64,000 nt of DNA from NCBI GenBank assembly GCA_951406725.2, contig OX597815.1, forward strand, positions 193,378,001 to 193,442,000, in the 5' to 3' direction. The notes beneath the pieces were generated by a model that saw nothing but the letters and a program-made list of their open reading frames with translations, ran no database searches and was not told the origin of the DNA. Origin of the DNA: Octopus vulgaris (Eukaryota). Below are positions 26,909-42,069 of this stretch, piece by piece (positions within the stretch are counted from its first letter, which is position 1; every line of letters begins with the position of its first letter). The translations under genes and the position numbers were made by a program.

Positions 26909-28415
26909 GTAAGCAAATATCTTTTCGTTTCATTTTACGTCTTTATTATTCTTCAAGCATTTATCCTGGACAGAGATCTTATCCGTAGCAAGTTTTAGTC
27001 ATCAAAAGGTGAATATTCTAGGAAATCCCCTTTAAGAGATTTTAGCCATTCATATCATTATATGGAGCAGAATAAATGATTTAGAACTATAATGGTAACA
27101 GTAGCAAACGGAGTACCTGGCTTGGAAGATATATACACACGAATATATGCATGTGTGCGTGTATGTGCATGTGTACACGTATGTACGCTTATATCTGTGT
27201 ATGTGTATGTGTGTGTCTCTGTGTGTGTATGTTTGCATGTGAGTGTGAATGCATGAAGGGCTGTCTCAAATATTCCATCAGCTAAATTCAACTCACAAAA
27301 TATTTGTCAACTCAAGACTATGGTACAGCCTAGCTTCCTCTTCTGCAAGTTATGGTGCAGCAGGATCAAACCTGGAGACGTCTTCAGGGAATTTCTTAAC
27401 TACAAAGTGATGTGTTCACATACAAACGTAACACCGTTTCTGGTGGTCGTCTCACATCTTTCCCTCTCGTTCAGAACACCTACTACAAAATATAATGATT
27501 ACTATGGTTTAGAAGGAAACGTGTATTCCGCCTGACCATGCTACCTTGTAAGAATCTGGAGACCACAGAAGAGATCTTATGTATTTCAAGGGCATTGAGT
27601 AGCCTTCAGTGTGAGACACTATCAAACGCCTTCCTTAGTTATCCATCTATGTTCAGGTTCTTCTACTTGTTCCGGCATTCTCTACTAAAGTTTTATTCAT
27701 GGATTCCTCTTATAACCTTTTGTAGCTTGTCGAAGTATAGATTTCTGTTCCAAGAAATTTTATATTCTTTCAGTTAGTATATATGTGATGATCTTGCAGG
27801 TGGTGTTGTGACATGTAATTCGTCGGGTATTCTTTGGATTTTTCCTCTTGCAATTTCATCGAAAACTCATATATCCGCCCATAAAAGTTCCATCACTCTA
27901 TTGCTACATTCTACTTAGGAGGTCTATTGACATGGTTGGTCCTTTTCTGTGACGTCCTGATACCTAATTGAGCAGTTACAACTTTAGCAGTGAAATAAAT
28001 ACGGTTATTAAACGTTGTTTGGGCATTTCCTTTATTACTAAAAACTTGTCTAAGAGCAACACTCTATATCATGATCATGTTATTTTTAATGTTGCTTCTA
28101 AACATTAGCATGTTCACAAAGATGAATGGAGAGTTGCATGTAAAGGTAATTATTCAATTTACGTACTTACTGTGTAATTAGTGCGTTGTACCAAGTTACC
28201 TTGTGTTGAGATATCACGCATTTAAAAAAGAAACTACACTTTATGTAACGAAAATCCTTCCGAATTTTTCATTGCTGTATCACGATGTTTTCCTTCCATT
28301 GCACCGTCGTTACTGGATTAAGTTTGCTTTGTGGAGTTCGTCCAAGTTGTGCTCCTCATCAACATAAACATCCCTAGATAATTATATTAACTTTTTTGAT
28401 ATGTTCTCTTTCCAG

Positions 28416-28523
28416 ACAGAAGACCAATTAAAAGAATCTGTAATTAACATTAGACGAACAATTATTGCTACCCTTTTCTGCTGTTTTGCATCAGGTATTG
28501 TTGCTCTTGCTAGTGCAGTTAAA
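28416..28523 (+). CDS. Dispanin paralogue 2, CD225 exon A (...IIATLFCCFASGIVALASAVK)
   Basis: 108-nt homologue of 8412-8519 with intact AG/GT sites. Confidence 0.9.
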
Positions 28524-30748
28524 GTAAGTAAATACGAACATTTCTTGCAAGAACTTCTATTTATTTGCATACCTTTTATCCAACCGTGGCTGTATGTCAA
28601 GAAATATGCTTACCAACCACATGGTTCCGGGATCGGTTCTACTGCACCTGGAGTAAGTGATCTGTACAATAGACAGGTGCTGATCAAAGCCATGTAAACG
28701 GATTAAGCAGATGAAAACTGAAAGAAAGCCATCATGCACACAAATACATACACACATGTATATATATATGCATAAAAACATGTGAGTGTGTGTATGTGTA
28801 TATGTGTGAGTGTGTGGAAAAGAAAGAGAGTATCTGTGTTTGTGTTTGTCAACTACAACCATAGATAACCGATGTTGGCGTGTTTACGTTCTGGTAGCGT
28901 TTCGGCAAAAGAAATGATAAAATAAGTACCGGCCATAAAAATAAAATATGTACAGGTGTCGATCCGTTCAACTAGAATTCTTTAAGGCGATGCTCCAGCA
29001 TAGCCACAGTCTAGTGACTGAAACAAATACTATGCCCTGTTAAAGCCTTCGGCCAATTAAAATTGTTGTAAATTACTATAAATTGCCAACCTATAAGGTG
29101 ATGTTTCGCATTGTGCTTATGGCAGATGAAACATTATATTTTGTAGTAGGGGTCTGAATGAGAGGGAAAGATGTGAGACGACCACCAAAAATGGCCAAGC
29201 AAAAGTCTACGGTCACTTCACCTAAACAAATCAAGATACAGTGTTTCAAAACAGAAAAATGTCTACAATGGAAATTTATTATATAATGTTCTTTTCAAGA
29301 AGTTACTGTTGATATTTCGTGTGGCTACTCCTCACCTTGAATGATTGCTTCAATGCACTTAGGAAGAGATGTGTACAAATCCTTCACCATCTTTACAGGC
29401 ATTTGATGTCATTCTCTGTGGCTGATCTCCCACAACACTTCAAGATTGAGTGGATTCTTCTGACGAACTCTTCTCTTCAGTTCTGTACACATTTGTTCGA
29501 TTATATTTAAGTCAGGTATCTGAGCTGGCCAATCTTTCAATATGGCAGTACTTTCATCAGTCAGACTCCGTTATGTTGCAAACAATCTGTGGCATTGCGC
29601 TCCGTCTTGCTGAAAAACTCAGTGTGCGATGTGACCTGCTTTTGTGCCATGGGTGGTCTTGATGAAAGTGTTTGTTCTCTCGGAACAATTAGGTAATGGC
29701 AAACAGTCAAGCCCTCTTATCATTATAAGACATACACTCTCTGCATCAACAAATTTTAACAACAAGAATTTGGTATTTTTGTGCTAGGCTCACAATCAAA
29801 TCATATCCAGAACTAATTTATGATAGTCTAGACATTTTGTCAAACTGTGTTTGGATTACGTTATCCAAAGTGATATTATACAATATTATTTTTTAAAAGA
29901 GATTGTTGTGATTTGAGGAATATGGCTACTATTTACTTCCTTGTGGTTGAGTCATAGACTGTTTGAGGTTCCCTCATGGAGTTGGTACGCATTTAGTTGA
30001 TGGAGATTATAGAGGGGAAGCATAATTAAAGGCCCTAAACAACACCAAACGAACATCATGATCATAATAGTTGTGAAAATGGTTCTTATATAAAGGCTCA
30101 CCTCTAATGCGTGTTTGCTCCATTATGTCTAACAATAACCGTTTCAAGTATTCCAAACACAGCAGTCTTATTTTAACTCATCTTTAATATCTGTCAACTC
30201 ACCATATCATTGTAAATAAGGTTTCTATTAATCCAGTCTACAGAAAATAGCTTTAACCCCTAAGTAGCAACTAGCTAAGAAACAGCATGGCATTTAACAG
30301 CGTTGATAAAACACCTGCTTTTATAAGAACAATGGTTATGAAACTGACGAAATATCACTTCGCCACCCCCGGAACCACACACACACTACAAAAATATTGG
30401 TAGTATTTGTGGTCATACCAGCTCCCCTCCATCCCCTCCTTTATTAAGAAGAAATTCTATTGTTCATCCATATAATTCCATATAATTGCTACGACGCATA
30501 AAATATTTAGCAGTATTTTGTCCGTTTTTACGTTCTGAGTTCAGATTCCTCCGGGTCCACTTTGTCTTTCATCCTTTAGGGATAAGTAAAATAAGTACTT
30601 GCTGAGTACTGGGATCGATGTAATTCACTTACACACTCCTCCGAAATTGCTGGCCTTGTGACAAAATTAGAAATCAACATATTTGTTGTTGTTCAGTTTT
30701 ATTGACGTGCTTTAAATATAAACTAATTCTTGTCTTTCTATCTTCTAG

Positions 30749-30898
30749 GCATACAAAATGGCCAAAAATGGAAATTTAGAAGGTGCAACCCGCGCAAACG
30801 ATACTGCAAAACGATTAATCAAAATATCATGTTATGGTGCTATTCTTCCGTATATTTTGTATGTGGCATTATTCCTCAATTACTTAAATATATTATGA
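30749..30898 (+). CDS. Dispanin paralogue 2, CD225 exon B/TM (AYKMAKNGNLEGATRANDTAKRLIKISCYGAILPYILYVALFLNYLNIL*)
   Basis: Homologue of 10470-10613 with intact acceptor; TGA at 30896-30898. Confidence 0.9.
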   Translation, partial: AYKMAKNGNLEGATRANDTAKRLIKISCYGAILPYILYVALFLNYLNIL

Positions 30899-31419
30899 TA
30901 TATTCTGACCGGTGAAATCTAACACTTCAGCCTGATAGCATGAACCCATAAAGCAGTAAAATTATGAGAGTATACAGATATTCCTGCACCTCTTGTAGCA
31001 TTCCTTCGCTCCAATTTAATCACCCACGAAATCAACGGGTAATGATGTTGCATTTTGGCTTTAATTCAATCTTCTTGATCAGGAACTATCAAACTTTAAA
31101 ATCATGTTAAAAATATAATTGTGAAATAAAGCAAAATTTTTAACTCTTTCATAGTTTCAAAGTATTTCCTTAAAATAAGTTATTTGAAAGTTTAATATTT
31201 ATATAAGTGCTTAAGCGGTGTAACATAAATTAAACACTACATACACAAAGAGTAAACAGTTGTACTCGTATATTGACAAATATCGCTATACATGTCAACA
31301 CAAAATATTAGATAATGGTAGAGAGATACGGATAAAAGTGAAAACTACATTCAAATATTGACGACGAGTGTAGTGGAATATTTCTTGTAACTTTCATTTA
31401 TAACTATTTGGGTTAATAT

Positions 31420-31650
31420 TTTTTCTTTATCGCACACAAGGGGCTAAACATAGAGAGGACAAAGAAGGACAGACAAACAGATTAAGTCGATTACATCGAC
31501 CCCAGTGCGAAACTGGTAGTTTATTTATCGAACCCGAAAGGATGAAAGGCAAAGTCGACCTCGGCGGAATTTGAACTCAGAATGTAACGGCAGACGAAAT
31601 ACTGCTAAGCATTTCGCCCGGCGCGCTAACGTTCCTGCCAGCTCGCCGTC
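31420..31650 (-). mobile_element. SINE family B with target-site duplication
   Basis: ctatttgggttaatat is repeated on both sides. Confidence 0.85.
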
Positions 31651-32554
31651 TGCTATTTGGGTTAATATCGGTTGAAATATTTCTTGTTATCATGTCAAAC
31701 AATGGGAAGTGGAGTTCACAACAAACAAACTGATATCATTTTGCAGACGCGAAAGTAAACCTTCAACGCAGTAAGTCTGCTAGGACGGCAGCTAAAGACT
31801 TATAGCACGAAAGAAAGAAAAATCCTTGCCAGCGGGTGTCTAGAGGACTCGAACACGCACCGCCTAGATATTGTCTACCGACAATACCATTACGCTGGAC
31901 AGCACAGTGCGGTAAATTATCGTCAAATTTAAAGCTACTTCGAATGCAATAACACTTTACAAACAAACTTTGGAAGCTCAGATATGGCTGCTGTTCTGCA
32001 GACCAGAAAATAACGATTTTATTGTACTATCGTCTGTAGAACAATATCTAAAAGTATTTTCCGTTAATAAAATTCAATATTTTAAATAATGAATTTTATA
32101 ACAAAATAGTAGTTGTTTAAAATTGTAGATACATCAAGAAATCAACTGGTATATTCTATGACGAGTGGCAGCAGCAGTAATAATGACAACAACAATAACT
32201 ACTACTACTAATACTGCTGCTGTGTTTGCTGTTGCTACTATTGCGACTACTACCACTACGTGCCAAACACTCAAGTGGAAAGGCACTAACAAGAAATGTA
32301 GGCAGATATAGACTTCATCAACCGAGACTGATCAAAAGACGTTGCCCAGGTGCAATTCTTAAATGTGACCCTCGTAGTAAATCATTCTGCTGACTTCTGT
32401 AGAAGTGAAGAATTTGGCTTTATTCCCACTTATCTTAGAAAACGGAGAGCGAGGATAAATATATCCGGTGTGCCACCGGAAGTGGTCATCTGGTGAGTAG
32501 TAGTTTGTGAAGATCTGGCGGTAAGTGATATTCTCCTGAACGTTAGGAAATATA

Positions 32555-32790
32555 TATTTATTTACTACTCACAAGGGGCTAAACATAGAGGGGACAAACA
32601 AGGACAGATAAACAGATTAAGTCGATTACATCGACCCCAGTGCGAAACTGGTACTTTTTTTATCGATCCCGAAAGGATGAAAGGCAAAGTCGACCTCGGC
32701 GGAATTTGAACTCAGAACGTAACGAGAGACGATATAGCGCTAAGCATTTCGCCCGGCGCGCTAACGTTTCTGCCAGCTCACCGCCTTGTA
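32555..32790 (-). mobile_element. SINE family B
   Basis: Full-length match to the 31420 copy. Confidence 0.85.
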
Positions 32791-33134
32791 CGTTATGAAA
32801 TATTGCCGAAACAATTGATTCGGAACAGGACTGGGAGATTTATTAGACGAATCTATAACAGCTGGTAAAAGGATCTTCACTTATTACAGCTCACAAACAA
32901 GGCAGACCTTCACGTCACGCCACACGCGACATGGACGAAAAAAGTTTTTCTTAAGAAAATACGTATTTAAATAATTCTTAATGTCATCATTAGTGAAAGT
33001 GCAACCGGTCGACAAACACAATAAATGATATATTAAAAAACAACTTTGATCTCTTTACATATTTTAATACACGATTACATCAGTGTACATATATCTACCA
33101 CTAAACTAGTTATAGAAATATGTGTATATATATA

Positions 33135-33310
33135 TAAACTTAGATATGTTTCAACCAAAGATTGGTCCAGGCCATGTCTAACTTAATACCACCACCTGAT
33201 AGGATAATTCGAATCCTGTTTAAGTCAAGGTTTGTTTAAGTCAAGTTTTGTTCAAGTAGTGAGTTCTTGTTGGGTGAGTTGTATCCTATTTATATATATT
33301 GTATCCAATA
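33135..33310 (-). mobile_element. Short 3' fragment of a CR1-like LINE inserted in (TA)n, present only in copy 2
   Basis: The 3'UTR (ggtggtggtattaagttagacatggcctgg) matches 51310-51345; the empty site is near 11725. Confidence 0.6.
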
Positions 33311-33667
33311 TATATATATATATATATATATAATCCCAATACCCTACCGAGAGCTGAACAGTTATCTCCCCTCCCCACATTCATAACGATAAATAATTAC
33401 CACCCCTTCCTTTTCTACTTGTTGAATCATTCACTCATAAATTTCCCACACAACATGTACCAAAAGATTTCTTCTTAAGAAAATACTATCTAAATAAATC
33501 TTAATGTCATGAATCGTGAAAGCGAAACCGAAACAAGCACAATAAATGATATATTAAAAATTATATTAAAACTATGTAATGTGTGAGCATTTTTCTTCTT
33601 TAATTTCATATATATATTACAATTCACCACTTGGGGATAATCAAAGCCCCTCCTTTTCTGTTACTAA

Positions 33668-33746
<79 letters not shown>

Positions 33747-36024
33747 TAGGGAGATAGATAGAGAGATAGGTAGAGAGATAGATATTTTGTGTAGAAGACG
33801 ACTTTTCTTTAAAGCTCCTCGTAGAATGACATAAACCAGCCTGCTTCTTGAATGCAATTTTTTCCCACGAGAGTTCCGGACCCCAGTAATGAATTCATTT
33901 GCATATAGCCAATCGGAGCTCACCATGACCTTGTTGTCAAGTTAACAAACACACTCCATCATTTAATCCCAAGACTAAGAACCGGGTTGAAGTCGAACGA
34001 TCTCCAGCTTATAATTAGATTGATTTGCATCCATACCTATTATCGGATTTTTTTAGAGCCCTGTAAGTTAAAGATGTGGATGTGAAAAATATGGATTGAG
34101 GGTGATGTTCTAGCAACCCTCTCCCCTCACTGATTTACAAAGTAAGCAAGAACACAAATAACTACGCAGAGTCAGCCATGGTTGAAACTAGAACAATATC
34201 AAAAATCATTATTAAAAGGGAAAAGAAGCATGGTGATTCCTTACCCAACTGACCTTATCGTATCGCCCATCACTTGTTAGGCGTCCATAAATTTGTTTGA
34301 TTGCTGAGCTCTGGGTGGCTGTATGAAGACGAGTTTATAACTGGGATCCGGAACTCTCGTGTGAAAAAGAAATCTCTTCCCGTACACTTGATAAGTAAAT
34401 TCTATCCCGAGTGGTATTACTAGATATTCTCTACGGTGCATATGTAGGAGATATAAGGGTAAACACTAGTTTATATCATAGTTTCTTGGCGCATTTCACA
34501 TTTTCACCATTAGGATTGTTTGAAACCCAACGATTAGATGGTCGACACTTATCTGCAGCTTAATATTCTCGGATCATTTGTTAGTCTTGTGCATCTAAAA
34601 TGCATTCTGAACACTAATTGCTGGGTTCCAAACGTGCATAACGTTGGAACACGCGTAAGAACAATGATATAAACTTGCATTTGTCCTTAGGCCTTTCACT
34701 CCTATTTATACACACGCACGCGCATACAAACAGTCAAACAATTATATCTTAAATACAATATGGAGACAATGAGTTTGTACGCTAGTTTGTAAATAATATA
34801 CATGCGTACGCTTAGAAAAACAAGAAAAAAAACATTTAACGTTATTTTGCTGCTCATTACTAATTTATGAGTAAAGTTTATTTCGTTCGACAAAGATAGA
34901 AACGTAGCAAGAGAGGTTGGGAGAGAGAGAGGGAGAGTGTTTAACTACTTATATGGATACTGCAATGAGTAATACACACAGTGATGCATACAAATACACA
35001 TACACACACTCACATAAATACATCGTTCCGAATTTAGTCCCAGTGCATGACACCTTCGGGTCGGGTCGACCAAAGCTTTGTGAGTAAATTTGGTTGACAG
35101 AAACTGAAAGAAACCCGGCGTATGTATATATGGAGCAATCTCGAGTATAACTAGCCGAAATTGCAAAGATAATCTGGAACTTGGCTGAGGATCCATCTTT
35201 GTTTTCCTTGTATCGTCTGTCTGGATATTTTGTTGTCCCTTTTTTGTTTCACCTAATCGTATGAATGTTTTGCGTTCTCGTCCCATTTTTGTATATATAT
35301 ATATATAAGAAAATTTCCGAGAGGGAAGTTTCGGAAAATTTACACATCTGACATTCAGGAAGACGGGTATCTTTTCATGAAAATTTATTCAAATCCATTT
35401 AAAATGGCATAGATTACAATTATAAAGAAATTTGTGAGGAAAATTTTTTAGGGGATTTTCCCCATTTTCTTTTAAACCACAGCCTTCGAAATGATGGTGT
35501 TTGAGCATTTTCGGTAAAATCAAAAAAATTGTTAATATTTTCAGAGGGAAACGTCAGTGATTTAATGGTGATATGGCTGTTGTTTCTAGCACATGCTAAC
35601 AAAAACTCTCCTCGTTTCTGTATCACACTCGCATGTATTGATGTTTTTCAATATTTTTTCTCCATAAATAAAAATTATATGCTACAAAAACGAAAATTTG
35701 AGAAATTATGAAGTTTTTACAAACACACTTTCTACCTCCGATTAAAATATTGAAGAGCCTGAGAAGGTCGTTGCTGGTATTTATCCATAATGATTTGAAA
35801 AATTTACGGAGAAGTATTCGCATGTCAAGTGACTTGATCTGAGAATGTGTGCTGAAACAAAACAATTACAACGTGGAGGATGTTTGAAAGCCTTTCAAAA
35901 ACACGAAAAAATAATTAGTTTCACTTTAACATTAAAATTTCATCTGTGTCAAAACATTTTAGTCGCTTTGAAACCGAGTCCGGTCCACTAAAAAAACTTC
36001 ACAAAAGTGATACAAACAAAGTTT

Positions 36025-38460
36025 TTCGGTGAACATCAATCACACACTCACACACGCATTCATTGCCTTTTATTTGCATTACACCCAAACCGAACAGCAC
36101 CTCTCCGCTTCTTCCGATCTAGAGCATCATTTTCCCGATCACTTTTGTTCATATCTAGTTTCTTCAGGTTTTCCTTCACACGGTCTTTATAACTTTTCTT
36201 CGGCTTATGTTGTGGTCGCTTACCAGAGTTGAGCTCATCATAAAAAAGATGCTTTAGCAAACGCTCGAATTTCATTCTAATAACATGTCCAGTTCATCTC
36301 ATTTTCAGCCAAGGTAACATGCTGTTCAATTGAGCTGCAACGTGCCATGCGCAAAACCTCTGTATGTGGTATGGAACATTGCTTGACTCCTAAGATACGT
36401 CTGAGGCACTTTTGACGAAATCTCTCCTGCATTTGTATGTGATGCTTGTAAGTGGTCCATGTCTCACTTGAATAAAGAAGTGCAGACAATACACACACTA
36501 TATAGACACTGATTTTTTCTGCAGGGAAATGCCTCTATCCGCCCATACTCGCTTTTAGAGCTTTCCAAAATGTAACACATCCCTTTCCCTATTCGATAGT
36601 ATATCTCTGCATCAAGACGACCATCTCTTGACAGTGTACGTCTTAGGTAAACAAAGGAATCAACGACTTCTAACATTGTTCCATTCACAAAAATATTTGG
36701 TTCAGAATATGTTTGTTCTGGCACGGGAGTAAACATTACTTTCGTTTTCCCCAAATGTACATAAGCAGTGGAAAATCTCTCCATTAAATGTTGCATATCC
36801 CCCTCTGAGTGTGCCAACAAATCAGCATCATCAACATAAAGATATTTTCTAACAAGTATTTTGAAAGTATTTGCAGTTAAACCGGTTCGAATTAAAAATA
36901 CGACCAGACATCTGAAATCTGATTCTGATTCCCCTGTTGCAACCCTTGAAAGTATAACAAAATAATGCAGCAAAATAAATAGAGAAAAGTGTAGGGGCAG
37001 GAATGTCTCCCTGTTTGACACCATTGTCCACCGAAAATTCATGAGATGGACCACCATTAAAGACTACCTGATCTTTCGTGTTTCCGTGTAGTTTTATAAA
37101 AATGCTCACAAAATGTGTTGGACATCCAAGTATACACAAAACAATCCACAGTGCCTTCCTGTTTGCCGTGTCAAATGCCTTAGTTAAATCTATGAAGACC
37201 TTGTATAGTGGAATTTGTTCCACTAAGCATTTCTCTTGAACCTGCCTCACAGAAAATATCATGTCCATGGTTCCTCGTTCGGGTCTGAAACCACGTTGTT
37301 CTTCAGGAATCACATGAGGACACACATTCTTAACATGATGATCTAACATGATCCTTCGAAGTATCTTCCCGGTATGTACCAGAAGAATTGTCACTCTAGA
37401 ATTACCACACACTACTTTGGGGCCCTTACCCTTGTATACAGAGATTAGAATGACTTTTAACCATTCTTGTGGGACTGAAATCTTCTAAGTCAGCTTTCCG
37501 AGTTAATACAAAGTAACTCATATGACCTTGCTGTGATCTTGAGTGAATCCAGGTAACTTTATGTTTCATCTTATGATGAAAGAAAGTATTCCCAACAATC
37601 AGTCCTAGCTCAGAGCACATTTTCAGCAGATGCAACCCATTGTTGTTCACCTTCTCAATTCCATAACGCCCAAGTACATTCCAAGCACTATAGCTTCTAT
37701 CAACACGTGCATTAAAGTCACCAAGCACAACCAGCTTCTCATTCAAAGGGACTCACAGAATACTTCTTCTAAGCTCCTCATAAAACACATGGATATTTTC
37801 GTCACCAGCTGAAAGTGTAAGAGCATAAATAGAGAAAACAGTTACAAAACGTCCACAAGAAAGAGGGATCTGGAGTTTCATTATGCGTGTATTTATGCTT
37901 TGTGGTTGTTCTGGGTCCTTTAGCCAATCACTTCCAATTGCAAACCAAACATCACTTTCCCTTTTCTCTCTCTCTCTCTCCCCGGCTTCCCAACACAGAA
38001 TAACGTGAAACCTGTCGCTCTTTCGACAAGATTATCTTCATTTGAACATCTTGTTTCCGAAAGAGCTGCAATATCAAGATTAAGACGCCTTAGCTCCTTA
38101 GTTACTAGAGCTGTTCTTCTCTCAGGTCTTTCTGCTCGATCTAAAAGAGTTCTCACATTCCAACAGACCAGGTTAAGAGAAACCTTATTCCTCGCATACT
38201 TGCAATAATTATTTTCATCAATTCTTTGTTCATTCCTGCTAAACTGATTCACTGTTAGCCACAGTAAACTTACCAGCAGAGAGAAGTCAGACAATTTTTA
38301 GTGCACCTTTTCTAGCACTTTACCAATTTATCCAGGTAAGCAGTATTCTCCTTAAAAGGGCTGCTCAGACGCAGGATTCTTCACCGAAAACTTTTTTTGC
38401 CCATAAAAAATATTAGCGATGTTAAGATAAGAACCCTGCCGGCTTATGTGCAGATTTCTA
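36025..38460 (-). mobile_element. Degenerate RTE-clade LINE, duplicated copy of 14330-16760
   Basis: Same EN/RT motifs and the same internal deletion, so it was copied with the segment. Confidence 0.9.
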
Positions 38461-39477
38461 CGTTTGTAACTGTATACTTCCAACTGGTCAAATCTGAAAA
38501 CGTGGCATATATGAATAAATAAATACATTCGCAATTAAAACTTTAATAAAGTAAAATAAAATAAAAAGATATAAATATATACAAATATATAAATGACATA
38601 TAAATATATACAAATATATAAATATACTAACAGAAATACTCGGTGCTGCCCGGGTTAAGGAAAACAATGGATTTTTAAAACGCCATCTAGATTATGCAGG
38701 CCTCAGCTGCTAGTAACTGATATACCAACTTTCTACATTAACAACTCTCCAACCCATGCAAACATGGAACATAGACATTAAGTGAAATGTTAAAAGTAAG
38801 TTTTCAACTTATATATGTATATAAAGTAAATACACGTAATTCAAGAACACATTTTGTGTAGCCTATTTCGTAAACGGAAAACAGGTACAGATTATAAAAA
38901 ATGAAAGGCCGAATTTTGGTGATTCATTCGACAGAGGAAGTAGAAAGCCAATCCGATGATAAATCTAATCTTGAATCTTGAAATTGTAGTGTAATCTGCA
39001 TAATGAACTGCTGGATTATAACTGAAAGCTGCTTCATAAAAGTTACTTCTCTCAGCTGTTGCAACTGCTCTTCGTTCTGCAGTGGAGATCCTATTCCTTT
39101 TCAGCCGTTCATATCTCTGTTCATCGCTTTGAGATGCTGTGTCCTTTGTAATGGACAGTCTCTTCGTTTCTTGGTATGCTTCCTTTTATGTAGATGTCTC
39201 TCTTTCCTTGGACAGGGACATTCTTTTGGCTGACCTTGACATTTTCATTCTAGGGATGGTTATATACGTATAAAGAAATACACGGTTGCAGAAGACAGTA
39301 AACAGTGAAAATATTTGGGTAACGGAAATTATATTTCTTAATACGACGGGTAAAGCAAGAAACTTTTAAGGAAAATAAAAGATTCCACGGGTTGAAGCGA
39401 AATTTGTCATTCAACCAGGGCCAGTATCTAAGGAACTAGATAGACAGATATGGAGAGATAGACACAGATAGAGAGAT

Positions 39478-39568
<91 letters not shown>

Positions 39569-39857
39569 TTAACGTCACTGATGCTAGTATACCGGTAGTA
39601 AATATATTTTTAAAGTTTTCAAAGACGTGAATATAATTTAAAAAGTAATTTGTGTTCATCAGCAATGGATGTCAGGGTGACAATAAATTTCTGAAAGTTA
39701 CTTCACAAAGATTTACCTCTGTTCTCTAAGTAACCAAGGAACAGGTGTTTTCTGCCACGGGAGGCCTATTACTTATTATGTGAAACATCTTAAGAGTCTA
39801 AATCAACCCATAGAACGTAAGTAATATATGTGCTCTCAAATTTAAAATCGTGAAATG

Positions 39858-39939
39858 ATGTGCCGAGGAGCAAAATGAACGAATGAAAGTGTGATCTTTG
39901 CATTTTTCATATCGATCTAATTCCGAAACGCGTCCACAT
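39858..39939 (+). ncRNA. Hammerhead paralogue of 18284-18365 (core CCGAGGA)
   Basis: atgtg-CCGAGGA...GAAACGCGTC-cacat; stem I pairing is kept by a double change. Confidence 0.55.
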
Positions 39940-40130
39940 GTAATCAAATACCGAGTGAATTTCGTTGTTTTTTTCTCTCTGCCTACGTGAATTGTTTTGA
40001 GTATATGTTGTCCGGGAGTTTCTTCTTATAGTAGAAGGAATAGCTAAGTTCTTTGGCCGCTATTTCTAAAGTTCGGTATGTGGTGAAGCAAATTTTTTTC
40101 CTGAACCCTAATTATAATTCTACACATAAT

Positions 40131-40169
<39 letters not shown>

Positions 40170-40254
40170 AATATACACACAGAAACACACACACAGGCGT
40201 TCACTACATCAAACTTCATGCGATATAATAGCTGAACCTTGAAAATTATTTATT

Positions 40255-40562
40255 TATTTATGCACCCTTTTCAAGCCTAGCCAGGCTCACGGGCCCGGTT
40301 TCCCGGTTTCTATGACGTATGTGTTCCCCCCAGCTGGACGGGACGCCAGTCTATCGCAGCGTTACTTAAGAAACAGGAAGAAAGAGTGAGAGAAAGTTGG
40401 GGCGAAAGAGTACAACGGGGGTCACCCCCACCCCCTGCTGGAGCCTCGTGGAGCTTTGGATGTTTTCGCTCAATAAACACACACAATGCCCGGTCTGGGA
40501 ATCAAAACCGCGATCCTCCGACCGCGAGCCCGCTGCCCTAACCACTGAGCCATTGCGCCTCC
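40255..40562 (-). mobile_element. tRNA-derived SINE family C
   Basis: Head ggaggcgcaatggctcagtggttagggcagcg...gattccc (A/B boxes); related copies at 44600-44895 and 61240-61610. Confidence 0.75.
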
Positions 40563-40864
40563 GAACCATGAATATTCGTAACGAAAAGGTAAGGATTGTA
40601 ACTGTTGAATATACAGCTGTGTACTGCTATATGCTGCAAGGCAAGTATTTCACAAAGAAAACTGTTACACTCCATAAAGCAATTTTCAACTTTAGTGACG
40701 TAACCTGTCTCGTTGCTCATATAGTTACTACCAACACCGCCCTCAGTTTACACGGCTGAATAATAATACTACTGCGAACAAAGCGAGTAGAAACACGAAT
40801 AATTTCGGATTTTAGCATTCCGGTCTTCTATCGCCAGCGGCACGAAGCAGCGGAGCTTCAAAAC

Positions 40865-40874
40865 ATGGAAGACA
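40865..40874 (+). CDS. Dispanin paralogue 3, coding exon 1 (ATG GAA GAC A)
   Basis: Homologous promoter/5'UTR block, ATG and GTAAGT donor in phase 1. Confidence 0.7.
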
Positions 40875-41223
40875 GTAAGTATATATTAATGAATTTTCAT
40901 AAGGTTATATATTGATGAATTGTCCGAACTACATGTTAATGGATTTTCCCGAGTCTTCACTATATATCCGCTTCTATAACTCTTCACTATATATCCGCTT
41001 CTATAATTCACGATTTGCTGATAAGGTGTTAACAAAATTCCAGTTTTCAGTTTTGTCAGTTCACGAATGTTAATTAAAGACTAGTATAAAAACGCTAGTA
41101 ATATACGCTGGACTTGAACCCAACATCAAAAAATATTCTTTAGTACTGATAGAAATATTTTTAAAGCCCTATGTTTTTAGTGTGCGTATGTACATGTATC
41201 TGTATATGCCTGTATACACACAC

Positions 41224-41281
<58 letters not shown>

Positions 41282-41283
<2 letters not shown>

Positions 41284-41434
41284 GTGCAAGATTGGCTGTG
41301 GGGTAAGTAGTTTTCTTACCAAGCATATGGTACCTTGGTCAAGTGTCTTCTACTATAGCCTCGGGCCGAATAAAGCCTTTTGAGTGGATTTGGTAGAGGG
41401 AAACTGGAAAAAGCCTGTCGTATATATATGTGTG

Positions 41435-41482
<48 letters not shown>

Positions 41483-41680
41483 TGTTTGTCCCCCCAACAT
41501 CGTTTGACAACCGATGCTGGTGTGTTTGCGTCCCCGTAGCTTAGTGGTTCAGCAAAAGAGACCGATAGAATAAACACTAGGCTTACAAAGAATAAGACCT
41601 GGGGTTGATTTCCTCGACTAAAGGCGGTGCTCCAGCATGGCCACAGTCAAATTACTGAAACTGGTAAAAGAGAGAGTGTA
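41282..41680 (+). mobile_element. SINE family A
   Basis: Match to the family consensus seen elsewhere in the window. Confidence 0.75.
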
Positions 41681-41971
41681 TATGAATGTATGTGTAAGTG
41701 TGTGTATACAGGCATATATATATGAATTTTTAAAATTTTGTTATATCTCATTCTTTTAATTATATTATTTATATTTATTTTTCCTCAATCATTTCTATTT
41801 TTACTTTATTTATTTTTCTAGTTTTATTTATTTTACTTTACCCCCCAATCATATTCTAATTAACCCGTAAACATTCCACCCGAACAGATAATAATACAAT
41901 TTATAAACCCTAATATTTAATCTGCTGAAATGAACTGATAGATCCGTATATAACATCTCAACGTATGAATT

Positions 41972-42069
41972 TTTCTCTGATGAAATTATGCTCATGTCAC
42001 ATAAATGTAAATTTGATGTACAAATTTGTAATTAAATTATTGAGCATGAATTGAAAGAGTTGTAAGAAG
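41972..42069 (+). ncRNA. Hammerhead motif with long stem II, in intron 1 of paralogue 3 (sense strand)
   Basis: tttct-CTGATGA-aattatgctca...tgagcatgaatt-GAAAGagttGTA-agaag; one stem III mismatch. Confidence 0.6.

Larger units (their letters stand above)
23810..40200 (+). repeat. Segmental duplication arm 2 (paired with about 5295-18610)
   Basis: Same order of exons, Tc1 remnant, RTE LINE, Helitron-like element, (GATA)n and HHR as arm 1. Confidence 0.95.

Noticed and set aside
40480-40562. tRNA gene (also 61240-61310)
   Set aside because: tRNA-like heads continue into SINE bodies and lack a full cloverleaf.
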